A DNA stretch of 64,000 nucleotides from Macrostomum lignano (taxonomy: Eukaryota): the NCBI GenBank assembly GCA_002269645.1, contig NIVC01000257.1, forward strand, positions 372,001 to 436,000, in the 5' to 3' direction. This document shows, piece after piece, positions 20,500 to 39,924 of this stretch (positions are counted from its first letter, which is position 1; every line of letters starts with the position of its first letter). The position numbers were made by a program, and so were the translations under genes. The notes beneath the pieces were generated by a model. That model was given only the letters and a program-made list of their open reading frames with translations, was not told the origin of the DNA and did no database searches.

Positions 20500-21000
20500 T
20501 CAAGTGACACTTCCGACCATGCCACCATGTCTTGCTGCAATATCTGCAAGCCCAATGACGAATGACTGGCTTAAAATAGTTCTAAACAAGAACCTTTGTG
20601 ACAATTGCCTTCACCAACACTATACTAACGACTGCCACAACACCCAAAACTGTCATGTGTGCAACACCCCACATCATACCTTGCTGCATAGGGCCACCTT
20701 TGACAGTGCTTGCTCTAGCCATTGCTTGCCTAAGACAGGCCAAAATTCCCATGTTAATTTGGGCTGACACCAACTCCAAAAGACAGCCAACTCCTAAGTC
20801 TCTGCTGCAGCCAATGGAGGTCTCATGTTGACTATCATGGCTACTTTCTAGGCAAAGGATGTCAACCCAAAAGATGGCCACTCTGTTGACTGCACAATTT
20901 TTCTCAATTCTTGACTCTGGCTACTTATACTCGCATCTCGATAGCACTGTTGCCCTCAACCTTGGTCTCAAAGCTGCTAAGAGACTCACAATAGCCACCT
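20500..21000 (+). mobile_element. Degenerate BEL/Pao LTR-retrotransposon gag/protease remnant
   Basis: ORF 20504-20767 has LCDNCLHQHYTNDC..CHVCNTPHHTLLH (BEL/Pao gag Cys-His cluster). The next fragment has ILDSG (aspartic protease motif). Frames are broken. Confidence 0.7.
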
Positions 21001-22535
21001 CTACCTTATACTCATTCTCGTACTTCCATGTTAGATTACTGTGGACCTTGTCAGTTTTGACCTCCAGGCCCCAGACAGCCATTGCTGGATAATCACATCC
21101 CTCGCCTCCAACTAGCTAGCAGCCCCGATCCATATACTGGCCATTAAGCTCCCTGAAGATGTCCTAACACCCTCAACAGTATCAACAATGGCGTCTGCAA
21201 CTTTCCACCCAATCATGATGCAGACAGTACTCTCAACCTCATCCTCAGTGGTGACTGAACTAGTTATTCATTGGCCCTGCCATTCCTGCCCTCACTCTGA
21301 CTCTAATGGCCTACTTGATGCCCTTTGAAGCTATCCTCAACAATGCTATCACTGACATGGATGCCTGCAGCATAAATAGCTTTCTTGGGTCCTCGCAGGC
21401 CCTCTCAGGTCTTTGCTAACACCTGCCTCAACATGAACAATGATAATAGCTTCTCAAAGTTCTCAGCATCACAAAGGATGCTAGAAAGCATGGCCCCAAA
21501 GACAATGAGCTAACTCAATGCCTTCTCAATAAGTGTGTCTAGATATGTCTAGGCACACGTGTGCACCAGCATATGGCCTATGCTCTACTTACAAAATGAA
21601 AAAAGGCAAATATAGAAAATTAGAAAAGTATAATTCAAAGTCTTAATATTTAACCTTCTTAGATAAATAGATTTTTGTTTATTAGTTAAAAGTAGTACTA
21701 ATTAAAAGACAAAGCATTTATATTTACATATTTAGCCTAAATAAGATAGTCATAGTCACTTCCACTGTTCACCTAGATGCATATGCATACAAGTAACTCT
21801 TTTCAGTCTTTTGCTCAAAAGTATCAAAGCCACTTATTCTAATACATAGGGGTACATAGGCACGGTTTTTTTGAAGTACCTCTATGTGGCACCTGCAGGT
21901 TTTGGTGATTCTATTCCAATAGGAATGGTCAAAATAGGTTTTGGTTTAAAATTTAAAAAGGAAAGAAAAAGAAAAAATGTTGCTATATAATAAAATAGAA
22001 ATTTTTAAAATATGTTTTACATTTGTTAGACTTTTGTTTGTCTATTTTTTTCAATTTCAAGAAGTAATAAAACATATTTATTTAAATTTTGTTTAAGAAT
22101 ACTTATTTTCATGTAATTCTTTATGATTTGTGATTCATTTTTTGTTTTTCATCAACTAGATTTCTTTTTATTTTATCAATTTATTTTAGAAATTGTATAG
22201 TATCTTAAATTTTAGCATGTTTGATATATAAAGTAAAAACATCCTAGGATATTTTAAGAAGAATAGACACTTGACTTAGATTTATATGTTTATTTAATAT
22301 TTTATTAGATTTATTAGATTAGTAGGCCCTTATTAGATTTATTTCAATATCAAATTAATAAAATTTCAATAAATTTTTTTTATATTTTCAGATTTTAGAC
22401 TATGTATCAATGGTATTGTAGGTAGGTAGATGATGAGTACTTTTAGGTGCACTTATTTAAGTTATTTTAGATTTGTTGCCAGATATATATTAGGCTTCTA
22501 ATTTAGATTTAGAATAAAAGAAAAGCAGTGGAGGC

Positions 22536-23185
22536 CCATACTCAGGAAGGTGGCCTAGCCACGCTAAAATTTTGGCGTGCAAACTTGGCGTGCAAATAGG
22601 GGTCTCAAGCCACGCCTAAATTTTCAGCATACAAGTTTTTTACTTGGCGTGTAACCTTGGCGTGCAATTACAAACTGACAGTATATCAACAAGTCAGATA
22701 TAGATGTATACACTATATATATACAATATATAAAGTTAAATGTGAACAATTGAATTTGAATATTGATTAAACCAACTAGTTGAGGGCTGACGCTGAGGCT
22801 ACAGCCTAGCCTACAGCCAGGCCTACACTCTACAGCCTACATTAAAATTAAAATATCCAATAACTTTTAAACGCTCTTATTTTGTGACTCTTGTAGGCTT
22901 TTAGTTTATTTGTTTCTTGAAATGTGAAGAAAAATTTTTTGATACTCACAATGTTTTTTGTAGCAAATTTCCTTTTTTATAGAAACTTTGTTTAACGTAA
23001 GTAGAAAAATTATTTAAAAATAGTATCTAATACGGTTAATATTCAAATCAAGAATGCAAATAGATTTTTGGTGTGCAACAGAAACGTCATGTTAAGGGTT
23101 TTAAAAAATTGGCGTACATTGGCGTGCACCAAGGATTTTTCCATAAATTGATTCCTGCGTGCACTTGCCACCTTCCTGACTATGG
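22536..23185. mobile_element. hAT-type non-autonomous element (650 bp) with 8-bp TSD
   Basis: TIR CCATACTCAGGAAGGTGGC / GCCACCTTCCTGACTATGG. TSD GTGGAGGC at 22528-22535 and 23186-23193. Subterminal TTGGCGTGCA repeats. Confidence 0.8.
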
Positions 23186-24119
23186 GTGGAGGCTATGGAG
23201 CCCATTCTGCTAGGCCTAGGCCTAACCTTTGGCAGCCTTGAATATTTATTTATTGCTTGATTATTAACTTAAGAATGGTAAATTTGTGATAGCATGGCCA
23301 TGGTCTGATTTAGGCCTACGCCTTGCTTGTGCTAGCCAGCTAGTGAGCTACTGAGCTAAAAATTCATAACCATAATGACATTAAAATAATACTGACATTT
23401 TCAAAAAAAGAAATTTCATACCAAATATAAAACGACTCTACATCACCGGGGGCAGGGAAATAGACAGCAAGTTGGGCATTGATTGGTTTATATACATTTG
23501 CTAAGATTCAAAAAACCCTAACTACACCTGTCTCCTCACTCAGCGCGCGACCAATGAACTTCTATAAATCGCTTTCTAAGAAACTTTTATCTGCCATCTG
23601 TAACAAGAGCTAAAGCAGGACAAAGTACGTTACCAACGTATACAGATTATCTTAAAAGTTTTTTTCAATTTAAAATGTTTGCATGTATAACATTTTAGGT
23701 CACTGTGTATTAGGTATTTGTTAATTCGGTTGCTAAGAAGTACGTTTTTTTAACTTGGTGACTCTTGACACTTTATGAGAAAGACCATCCATGAGATCGT
23801 GCGTTTTTAAATTACCTTTCTTGCTTGAAATTTTGTCGTCTATATTTTCGTATTGTCAGCCTGATCTTTTTGTACAAACCATCACCTTTGCATTGTACTC
23901 GAATATTGCTTTAAGCACGGTATCAAGCTTATACAACAATTTTATATTCACCGTCCAATAGATGTCACAATAACTTGATTGTTACAATTTGAATCAAATC
24001 AATTAGTCTACGTATATCAACCTTGAACCTTTTGCTGAAGATTTCCAGGAGGTTTATTATTTAGAAAATAAATGAAAAAGTACCTAGATTGATTCGAGAG
24101 AGTAATTTCATCGAAATTT

Positions 24120-29991
<5,872 letters not shown>

Positions 29992-32544
29992 CCTATTGTC
30001 GCAATTTCTTCTCGCAATTCTGCTGATGGTGTGCTCGTTGCTCTGGAAGGCTGCACAAGCCTCTGAGCGGAAAGTCAGCTTAAGCACCGGAATGGGGCCG
30101 GAAGTAACGCTCCAGATGAAAACTGATTGCGATCCATAACCCACCGTACCGCCATACAAGTCCATAATCCCCATTTGCTGCTGCTGTCGCCTCTGCGACA
30201 GAGTTTCACCCGGCCATTGATTGATTTTTTATCAACTTGATAGGATTTATTGGCCATGGCAGCAAATGGGGATTCTCGTCGTGCTCGGTCTCATTATGAA
30301 TTTGATTTACAAAAGCAATAGAGTCCACTTTCATAGTCCCTAAGCTAGACCGATCGGGATCTAGCAATTAAGGCCTTAACAATGAAAAGCAGTTTCCTTA
30401 TATTGTGAAAGAGCATGTGATTGAAGGCGCGTTTTGGGAAGCTAAGTCAAATTAGCGACATTATCGATGCTGAAATCCTGCTGATGCCCGAAATCCTGCT
30501 GACGTCAGAATCGAAGCTTACGAATCCTCTTTCGAGTTTGCATGTTTTCTGGCAAAGCATTTTTCCGATAACTTCAGTCCTTTTTTCTGAGGCTATGATA
30601 TGAATTGCTATCTGGGGTTGCTTGCTATACGAGTATGGGGGTTGTTTAATTGCTATCGGGGGAATTGCTTGCTCAGGGGAATCGCTGAGATGTCGAGGCT
30701 TACTGGGGGGGGATTGTCTGATGTGTCAAAGGCTTACTGGGGAATTGTTGAGATGTCCAAGCAAGGACTACTTAACAACACGTTGTGTTGTTGTAGTCCT
30801 TATGTCCAAGTCTACTGGAGGGAATTGCTTCGGTGTTAAGGCATGGGATTTACATGTAGCCTATGCTCCCGAAGTCGAATGTGTTTCTTTTAAGATTGAA
30901 TTTAGTTTTTTCAGAATAGTGATAGTTCAGTGGCCAAGCCCGATAAGCAAAAGAATTGATCCATTTTCCTGTCAAATGTATAGTCCTCCATGTGCGTGTA
31001 CATGTTTACATTTTACTCAATTACCTTGATAATTATTTTAATTATGCAAGTGCCAATTCACTTATAGCTCTTTTTTCTTGACTTCGATTCGAATTAGCAA
31101 AACTACTTTTAATTTTGGGATTCTGCACACTATATCAATAATTTTGTAGTCTTTACAGTGTAAATTTGCTTAATACAACATGGCATGAATGTCTTGTTCA
31201 GGGAATAAATCAGGTTGGCTTCCATACATCTGCGTTATTTTAGTCGATAAACTCAAATTGATTCGTTGATCTTACAACTTATGGTAATTATTGTTCGAGA
31301 AAAAAGGATCTTGACAGCTTAAGTCTTTGAAATTTATCAACTATTAACAGAAAATCGCTAGCAGATACATCTTGCACACAAAAACCCAAAGTATCCAAGC
31401 CCCTAGGTGATTGGGGGCTGATGGTACCTCTTTGATTTACTGAGGTTATACTTCCATATCAATATGCATTTAGTTTATGAGAGTTTCTTTCGTGTAAACC
31501 AATGGATTATAATACTCGTAGTACAATATCCATAACTTTAAAATTAATATGCAAGTTTTAAATGTTACGTGCATCTAGTTATTATAATACATACAATTCT
31601 TAGACTAAAAACGCTAATGTTTTACGGGTGGATACAGTACTTTGTTTAAAAGGGTTCTTGTTTGCGCTCTAAGTTTAAATCAGCATTTTTCCTAGAACTT
31701 AAGTCTACTAATTTCACTATCCGCTGACTAGCGTACTAATACACAGCATTCCAGCAAATGAATAATTTAAAGGCTAAGTATAACTAAATAATATATAAAT
31801 TGGTAGTCTTATGGTGCGAAATAAATTCATAAATATGTAAAGGTAAAATTATGATCGTCTCGTGCAACTACTTTTTTACACTACATACTGTATTCTCTGA
31901 AAAGCTTTGGTTTGGTAATAGATCAATGTTTTGATTTAAATATGCAATCTAATCTGTTCTGACTTCCTGCTTACCTAAAGTGTTTGCTGTATCCTAGTTT
32001 TTATTAATTTTCGTTCCTTCCGCTCAGACTGCCAAACTTTTGTATCATTTTAATTATATTTAATAGGGTTTTAAAAGTTTAAATTAGAGCACTGAAAATA
32101 TTTGATCTCAAACAAACAAGTTAAAGGCAGAGTTTTCAAATATGTGTAATATAATTATAATAATACTAACAACCATCAGTAGGGTATCTATCTAGGGTTG
32201 AAATAAGAATACATACCCATTTTGAAGATTTTTTTCAAAATTGTGAATTTTTTTAATTTAAAATTTTTACTCTTTAGACTAAACTTTAGACTCAGGTAAT
32301 AACTCAAATTATTAGACATAATTTGATCTAATCTAACACAACCAAAGTTATCCCACGATTCAATTTTTTTAGCTATAACTAATATTAGTAGAAACTAGCA
32401 ATCTTCGCCCCCCGTTGGGGGACATCTGGATAGAATCTCTGTTCTCTACAAGTAACAAAAAGACAGCCAAATAAAGCCTTCACAAAGACAGCAGACAAAC
32501 TGCTCAAATAAAGTGTAATGCAAAAAGAAATCATCCCAAGACAG

Positions 32545-32740
32545 CAAGCATCCCCCAGATTGCAAGCATCCCCCAGATAGCAAGTATCCCCCAGATAGCA
32601 AGCATCCCCCAGATAGCAAGCATCCCCCAAATAGCAAGCGTCCCCCAGATAGCTAGCATCCACCAGATAGGAAGCATCCCCCCTCCCGGATAGCAAGCAT
32701 CCCCCAGATAGCAAGCATCCCCAAATAGTAAGCATCCACC
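32545..32740. repeat. 18-bp minisatellite
   Basis: Unit GCAAGCATCCCCCAGATA. Confidence 0.9.
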
Positions 32741-32824
32741 AGACAATAAGTAGCTAGTGCAACAATTTCCTTAGCTCTATAGTGACTCCTTTAAAATTGG
32801 CATGACGCTTACTTTTACGTTTGA

Positions 32825-34170
32825 AATTGTGGCTCTTTTATGTTTGACATCGTGGCTCTTTTATGTTTGACATGGTGGCTCTTTTATGTTCTACATGGTG
32901 GCTCTTTTATGTTCTACATGGTGGCTCTTTAATGTTTGACATGGTGGCTCTTTAATGTTTGACATGGTGGCTCTTTTATGTTCTACATGGTGGCTCTTTA
33001 ATGTTCTAAATGGTGGCTTTTTATTTTCAACATGGTGGCTCTTTAATGTTTGGCATGATGGCTCTCTGATGTTTGACATGGAGTCACGAATATACTTGAC
33101 ATGGTGACTCTTTAATGTTTCACATTGTGGCTCTTTAATGTTTGACATGTTGGCTCTTTTATGTTTGACACGGTGGCTCTTTAATGTTTGACATGATGGC
33201 TCTTTTATGTTTGACATGGTGGCTCTTTAATGTTCGACATGGTGGCTCTATAATGTTTGACATGGTGGCTCTTTAATTTTCGACATGGTGCCTCTTTAAT
33301 GTTCGACATGGTGGCTCTTTAATGTTAAACACGGTGGCTGTTTAATTTTTGACATGGTGGCTCTTTAATGTTCGACATGGTGGCTTTTTAATGTTCGACA
33401 TGGTGCCTCTTTAATGTTTGACATGGTGGTCCTTTTATGTTTGACATGATGGCTCTTTTATGTTTAACATGGTGGCTCTTTTATGTTTGACATGATGGCT
33501 CTTTGATGTTTGACGTGGTGGCTCTTTAATGTTCGACATGGTGGCTCTATAATGTTAGACATGGTGGCTTTTTAATTTTTGACATGGTGGCTCTTTAATG
33601 TTCGACATGGTGGTCCTTTTATGCTTGACATGGTGGCTCTTTAATGTTTGACATGTTGGTCCTTTTATGTTTGACCTGGGGCACCTTAATGTCTGTAATG
33701 ATGGCTCTTTAATGTTTGAAATGGTGGCTCTTTAATATTTGACATGGTGGCTCTTTAATGTTTGACATTGTGGCTCATAAATGTTTGACATGGTGGCTCT
33801 TTAATGTTCGACATGGTGGCTTTTTCATATTTGACATGGTGGCTCTTTTATGTTTGACATGGTGGTTCTTTTATCTTCGACATGGTGGTTCTTTTATGCT
33901 TGACATGGTGGCTCTTTTATGTTTGACGGGGTGGCTTTTTAATGTTCGACATTGTGGCTCTGTAATGTTCTTCATGGTGGCTCTTTAATGTTTGAAATAG
34001 TGGCTCTTTAATATTTGACATGGTGGCTCTTTAATGTTTTTCATGGTGGCTCTTTAATGTTCGACATGGTGGCTCTTTAATGTTCGACATGGTGGCTCTT
34101 TAATGTTCGACATGGTGGCTCTTTAATGTTCGACATGGTGGCTCTTTAATGTTCGACATGGTGGCTCTTT
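32825..34170. repeat. 23-bp minisatellite (~58 units)
   Basis: Unit TGTTCGACATGGTGGCTCTTTAA. Confidence 0.95.
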
Positions 34171-34221
34171 AATGTGTTTAGCATTTTGTGTTTTTAAGGT
34201 TTTTGAATAAAAAATCTTTTT

Positions 34222-34290
34222 GCACTACTAAGATTCGAACCCAGGTCGCTGCATCAGCAGTCCAGTCTGTTCGCATCTATGCTATCTCTT
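34222..34290 (-). pseudogene. tRNA-like sequence (tRNA pseudogene or SINE head)
   Basis: Minus strand: A-box-like TAGCATAGATG, arm CTGGA-CTGCTGA-TGCAG, T-arm CTGGG-TTCGAAT-CTTAG. The acceptor stem does not pair. Confidence 0.45.
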
Positions 34291-35038
34291 GTCAATTGGA
34301 GAACATGAATTGTGGCACTTATAATTAAATTCTTATAGCAAATCGGTAAGAGTAAAAAGTTATGACATAATCAATTTCTCAGTCAGCCAGTATCAGTCTC
34401 AATTTAAGTTAGCAATATGGTTACGCAATTTTAATCAAGTCTTGTGTGCATTTCTTCGGCACTGGTTGTGATGTAATCCTTATCACAAGTGGAATTCAGT
34501 CAGTCAGTTTTTTCTCTAGCATTCTTACAATGCATTTCAGGTCGAAAGAGCTGCTTGACCTTTGCAAAAAAGCATGTTTTTTTGAATATTTAATCCCTTT
34601 AATATTGAGCAATTTCTTAGCCAAGATGCATGTACCGTCCCAGGAAAATTTTTGATCAAATGGTGCAAGTTTGAAGAAAATCGGTTGAGCCGTTTTTTCT
34701 AAAATCTATCGCATAGCTAGATAGATAGATACAGACAACTCATTTTTAGTATAGTAGAAATTTTCTATGATCTTGATTGATTTCTAATATTAATATCTTA
34801 ATGATTTTAATATTGACTTAAGTAAGATCTTAGATTTTTTTATTTCCTAATTATTAGGAATTCAAAACTAAGTTGATTATAAAATGGATATTATAATTTT
34901 TATCTTATCAATATAAAGTTTCTTATTCAATATTTATATTACTATATTTATTGGTTGATAATAATAATAATATAACAATTTACTTAATTTCAATACCTTC
35001 AACTTTTGTTGACTAATTTTTATTATATAATCCATAGT

Positions 35039-35456
35039 CTGGATCATGCTAGTTGCACACCCAAACAAAAATTTAAGGGTTATAAATGCATACCAAATTA
35101 ATTTAGGTGCATGCCCATACTTTTAATAAAAGTACCCTTTTTGGCTGATAATTTGGTTGATAATTTATCTTTTTTGCCTATGCTATTTATACTAAAAAGT
35201 CAATGCATATAAGCATTTGTTTTAATAGTATATTATGAGCATAAAAACTAGAAAGCTTGAAATTTATGCTTAAAAATTAACTTTTCAATATTTTTCCACT
35301 TAATACTAACTCTTCTGTGTGATTCTATGCATTGCATACTAGTTGTCTAGACACACTTTTTTCTTAGGGTTCCTGCATGCCAACAATGCATGCCTAACTT
35401 TTGGCATGCAAGGCCAATGCATGCCCAAAATTTTGTGTGTATACTACATGATCCAG
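35039..35456. mobile_element. MITE (418 bp) with 3-bp TSD
   Basis: TIR CTGGATCATG / CATGATCCAG with further imperfect subterminal match; AGT on both flanks. Confidence 0.6.
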
Positions 35457-37794
35457 AGTGTGGTTGATATGCAATCTATTTTATATATTTGGGTCTTTTT
35501 TATTTAATGATACAAAAATATATTTATTGTATTATATTATGGAACTGACTTAAAATGTGTATCTTTAGATAGTATACCAAATTTGCTTTGTAAGTATATT
35601 CATACATGTGCAACAGTTGGCCAAGTTGGCCACTTTGGCCAACTGATTTGGCAGCCAACCAAGGTAAGTTGCAAAAATGCCCCCCTCCAAATAAATACCC
35701 AAGTAGTACTAAGTAGATAATGAGGCATTTTGCCTTAATAAGACAGTCATAGTTACTCCTGCTATTTATCCAAAGTTGCATTAATTTTGCTTTAGGGTTT
35801 CTTTTACATGTAAGTTGCATTTTTGGCCAAAAACTATGTTGCATTTTTTGTTGTAACTAAGTTGCATGACCAATTTAGGAGGTTGCACATGTATGAGTAC
35901 ATTATATTGTACTAAAATAAAAATAGCATTTTCAAAATAGGTTAGATTACATTTTATTTGTTATTACAGTTTTTTAGTTTGCTTTTATAATTAACTTACA
36001 TTAACATTATTTGTAGTCATTTTGCTTTTAATTTTGTTGGAATATAAACAAGTTTGAAAATATGGAAATCATGTGGTTCTATAAATAGATTAGCATACAA
36101 CAACAACAATATATGTGGCCTTGCAAGCAAAGGTCAAAGTTAGAGCAGGGTGCATCAGATGGCGTGCTGCAGAGTCTAGGAGCAACAGTCTACTCTGTTG
36201 GCAGCGTTGGGCACCCCAATGTTGCACAGCAGGCAGTCCAAATATCAATAGGTTTGGGCCTAACCCCGCCTGAATGGACCCTGCAAGGTGAGCAGCAGGA
36301 TGTCTTTAAATAGATTGGAGGCAGTAGCCATTAGCCTGGATCATATGCTAAAAGATTAGCATGTTTTTGTTTTTTTACTTTTTGCATATTTGTAGATAGT
36401 ATTTAAAAAGATATAACTATTTTATAAATATAGTCCCTTTGTTTGATAATCTTAATTGTCTTAAATAAGTTTTTGATTGTATTTATATCACAAAACATTT
36501 TGTACCTAATGTTGCTAATTGCCTTATGAGTAATCAGTGAACTAATTTACTCTGCTAGCTTTTCTAAAGTAATCAAAAATCCAATTATATGATAAGCTAT
36601 ACAGTCATTCTGAAACTGTTGTGGCATGTATATCATTTTGCAATAGACTACTTAAAGTAGAAATGAATAAATCTATTAGTATTAGTGGTTAAAATGCATT
36701 ATGCATGATAAATATTATTGATTCAATGCGACGCAAACCAATAGGATAGCCCAATGTCACGTGCCTGTCCTACTTATCTTGTCTTCAACCAGCCAACAAC
36801 TCTCTGTCTTCAGCTGCTTTTGTCAAAAGCCATCAGGTTAAAATCCCTGTATACATTTTTGCTGCACTTTCGAAGCCCCACAGATAAACTAGAGAGCTGG
36901 CCTTCTCCTTTCAGAATCCATACTGTTCACCTCTGCACTTCATACATTCTGAAGTGAATCTGCTAGCCAGTCAGATAAGCTCCGGCCTCTGTTTGAGTTC
37001 TTTTTTACCTTATTCGAATTCCTGTCTGCCTCTGAGCAGGGGAGGAGAAGGAAAGGGATGAAGAGTAGGAGTGAGGATCATGGACCTGTCTGTACTCGGG
37101 AAGCTGGGTTGGTGCGAGCCGTGAGCCGCGGGTTTGTTTGGTGCTCGCTGCTGCTGTGCGTGGGCGGCTGAGAGAGGGGCGGCCGGGTTAGCCGATGGAC
37201 GGAAAATGGATGGCAGATCAAAGGCGAGGCGAGATTTAAAAGCCCATAGCGGCGGCGATGATGGCGCCCCGGCTAATCCTCTAGTCGTAGAGAGAGAGAG
37301 AGAGAGAGAGATGGGCTGAGAGTTGAGTCGGTTATCTGACACTGACACCTCCAAGCACCTGTGAAATGGATGCCGCTTCCAAAGGAAGCGATCAAGGGAG
37401 AGAGGCAGACGGGAAAGAGAACAGTAGGAGCAATGTACTTCGCTATTAGCGGCAACGCGGTCGCTCTCAGAGTCCCCAATCTCTGTCTCTACCTGTCTCT
37501 CCCTAATTCACGGCTCTCTGCTCTCTGGAGTAGGGAAAAGATAAGCATGAGCTCAATATTTAGCCATAGCTGCGACAAAGGATATATATTTTTTTGACAG
37601 TGAACTCAATGCATAGCGGTATAGTAGATTGAGAGCGAAAGGCAAGAGTGAAATAAAAAGGCCGCAGATGAGAATGGAGAATCCGTGCGCAGCCTCCTTA
37701 TTACTTAGCTTAATGACAGGAGCGACTCGGGTTTCTGCTCTCCCTATACTTCAGCTTCAGGGTGTGTTTGTCTGTCTCTGCTGACAGTCGGCCC

Positions 37795-38826
37795 TCCAGC
37801 CTAATCTAGAATCGCCCTCTAGCCTAATCTAGAATCGCCCTCTAGCCTAATCTTAAACCACCCTATTGTCTAATCTAGAATCGCCCTCCAGCCTAATCTA
37901 GAATCGCCCTCTAGCCTAATCTAGAATCGCCCTCTAGCCTAATCTTGAACCACCCTATTGTCTAATCTAGAATCGCCCTCCAGCCTAATCTAGAATCGCC
38001 CTCTAGCCTAATCTAGAATCGCCCTCTAGCCTAATCTTGAACCACCCTATTGTCTAATCTAGAATCGCCCTCCAGCCTAATCTAGAATCGCCCTCTAGCC
38101 TAATCTAGAATCGCCCTCTAGCCTAATCTAGAATCGCCCTCTAGCCTAATCTTGAACCACCCTATTGTCTAATCTAAAATCGCCCTCCAGCCTAATCTAG
38201 AATCGCCCTCCAGCCTAATCTAGAATCGCCCTCTAGCCTAATCTTGAACCACCCTATTGTCTAATCTAGAATCGCCCTCCAGCCTAATCTAGAATCGCCC
38301 TCCAGCCTAATCTAGAATCGCCCTCTAGCCTAATCTTGAACCACCCTATTGTCTAATCTAGAATCGCCCTCCAGCCTAATCTAGAATCGCCCTCCAGCCT
38401 AATCTAGAATCGCCCTCTAGCCTAATCTAGAATCGCCCTCTAGCCTAATCTAGAATCGCCCTCTAGCCTAATCTTGAACCACCCTATTGTCTAATCTAAA
38501 ATCGCCATCTAGCCTAATCTAGAATCGCCCTCTAGCCTAATCTAGAATCGCCCTCTAGCCTAATCTTGAACCACCCTATAGTCTAATCTAAAATCGCCAT
38601 CTAGCCTAATCTAGAATCGCCCTCTAGCCTAATCTAGAATCGCCCTCCAGCCTAATCTAGAACCACCCTATAGTCTAATCTAAAATCGCCATCTAGCCTA
38701 ATCTAGAATCGCCCTCTAGCCTAATCTAGAATCGCCCTCCAGCCTAATCTAAAACCACCCTATAGTCTAATCTAAAATCGCCATCTAGCCTAATCTAGAA
38801 TCGCCCTCTAGCCTAATTTAGAATCG
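37795..38826. repeat. 23-bp minisatellite with 3-5-mer higher-order pattern
   Basis: Unit GCCTAATCTAGAATCGCCCTCTA with a periodic TTGAACCACCCTATTGT variant. Confidence 0.92.
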
Positions 38827-39208
38827 TCATTGAGTCTACGAAGAATCCTGTATGTACTATCAACCTGTACGATTACCTGCTGCTGCACTGCAAACTCAAA
38901 TCCTTCTATCTCAATTCAGACAATAGCATGCCTTCAATTCTTCATTTTATCTGCTTTCGCTTTTTTGTATTGCCCCAAAAACGCATCTACCTGGCTGCCT
39001 CAGATCCCCTGGTTCGGATTAGCTGGCTTTATTAGCCAAGCCGAAAATCAATTACGTGCGTTTTTGTGTTTAAAATTTTCAATACTCGAAATAACAAAGT
39101 TCAAAGCATAATTGTGATAAATTCTGTTTGCGCTTTTTCACTAGCTAATGGTCCTGTGTATGCTGCATAAGCGGAGTACTTATTGGTTGCTGCTCATTTC
39201 TGAGCCAC

Positions 39209-39465
39209 CCAAACAGCGCCACGCGCCACTCAAACGGCGCCACTTAAACAGCGCCATTCAAACGGCGCCACTCAAAAAGCGCCGCTCAAAAGGCGCCACT
39301 CAAACAGCGCCATTCACACGGCGCCACTCAAAAAGCGCCGTTTAAAAGGCGCCACTCAAACAGCGCCGCTCAAAAGGCGCCGCTCATAAGGCGCCGCTCA
39401 AAAGGCGCCACTCCAGCAACGCCACTCAAACGGCGCCATTCAAAAGGCGACACCCAAACGACGCT
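39209..39465. repeat. 14-bp minisatellite
   Basis: Unit CTCAAACGGCGCCA and variants. Confidence 0.88.
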
Positions 39466-39924
39466 TTTTGTTTCCAATTTTATTATAAATTGGATTCTTT
39501 TGATAATAATAATTTTTCTGTACTTCTGCCGCACATAAGTGTTGACCAGTGATTTATTTATAATCCGCGCATTTATGACTAATGCGCCTTAGCTACTAGT
39601 TGACGCTGACGCCATCTATTGCCACAAAAGTATACATGGAGATAGTACCAATATAAATGGGAATTTGTTTATTCGCAGCTAGAATCCTCTCGTATTTTTC
39701 TCTCCCCACATACTTTCTAGCTTTAGTAGCTAATAGACAGGCCGTTTCTATTTTTCATTAGTCTCCTCTTCCCCGAGCTCTAGTCTTCGCTTTTGAGTCC
39801 GCTTCCAGCCGGCTGAGAGAGAGCTGCAGTTGCAAGCACAAGGAGACCCGAAAAAACCCAGCAGTCTGGAGTGGCGACTTGCCATTTTTAGACAGCTGTA
39901 GGCTTTAGTTTAGTTTGCAAATGT

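Larger units (their letters stand above)
32394..34757 (+). mobile_element. Helitron-like non-autonomous element (Lep1/DINE-like architecture) carrying two minisatellites
   Basis: 5' ACTAGC..CTTCG plus hairpin CCCCC-GTT-GGGGG. 3' AAAATCGGTTGAGCCGTTT, a short (GATA)n/ACAG tract and TTTAGTATAGTAGA end. Assignment is by recalled architecture, not by alignment. Confidence 0.5.

Noticed and set aside
34222-34290. Functional tRNA-Ser(GCU)
   Set aside because: The acceptor stem does not pair and there is no long variable arm; kept only as a tRNA-like relic.
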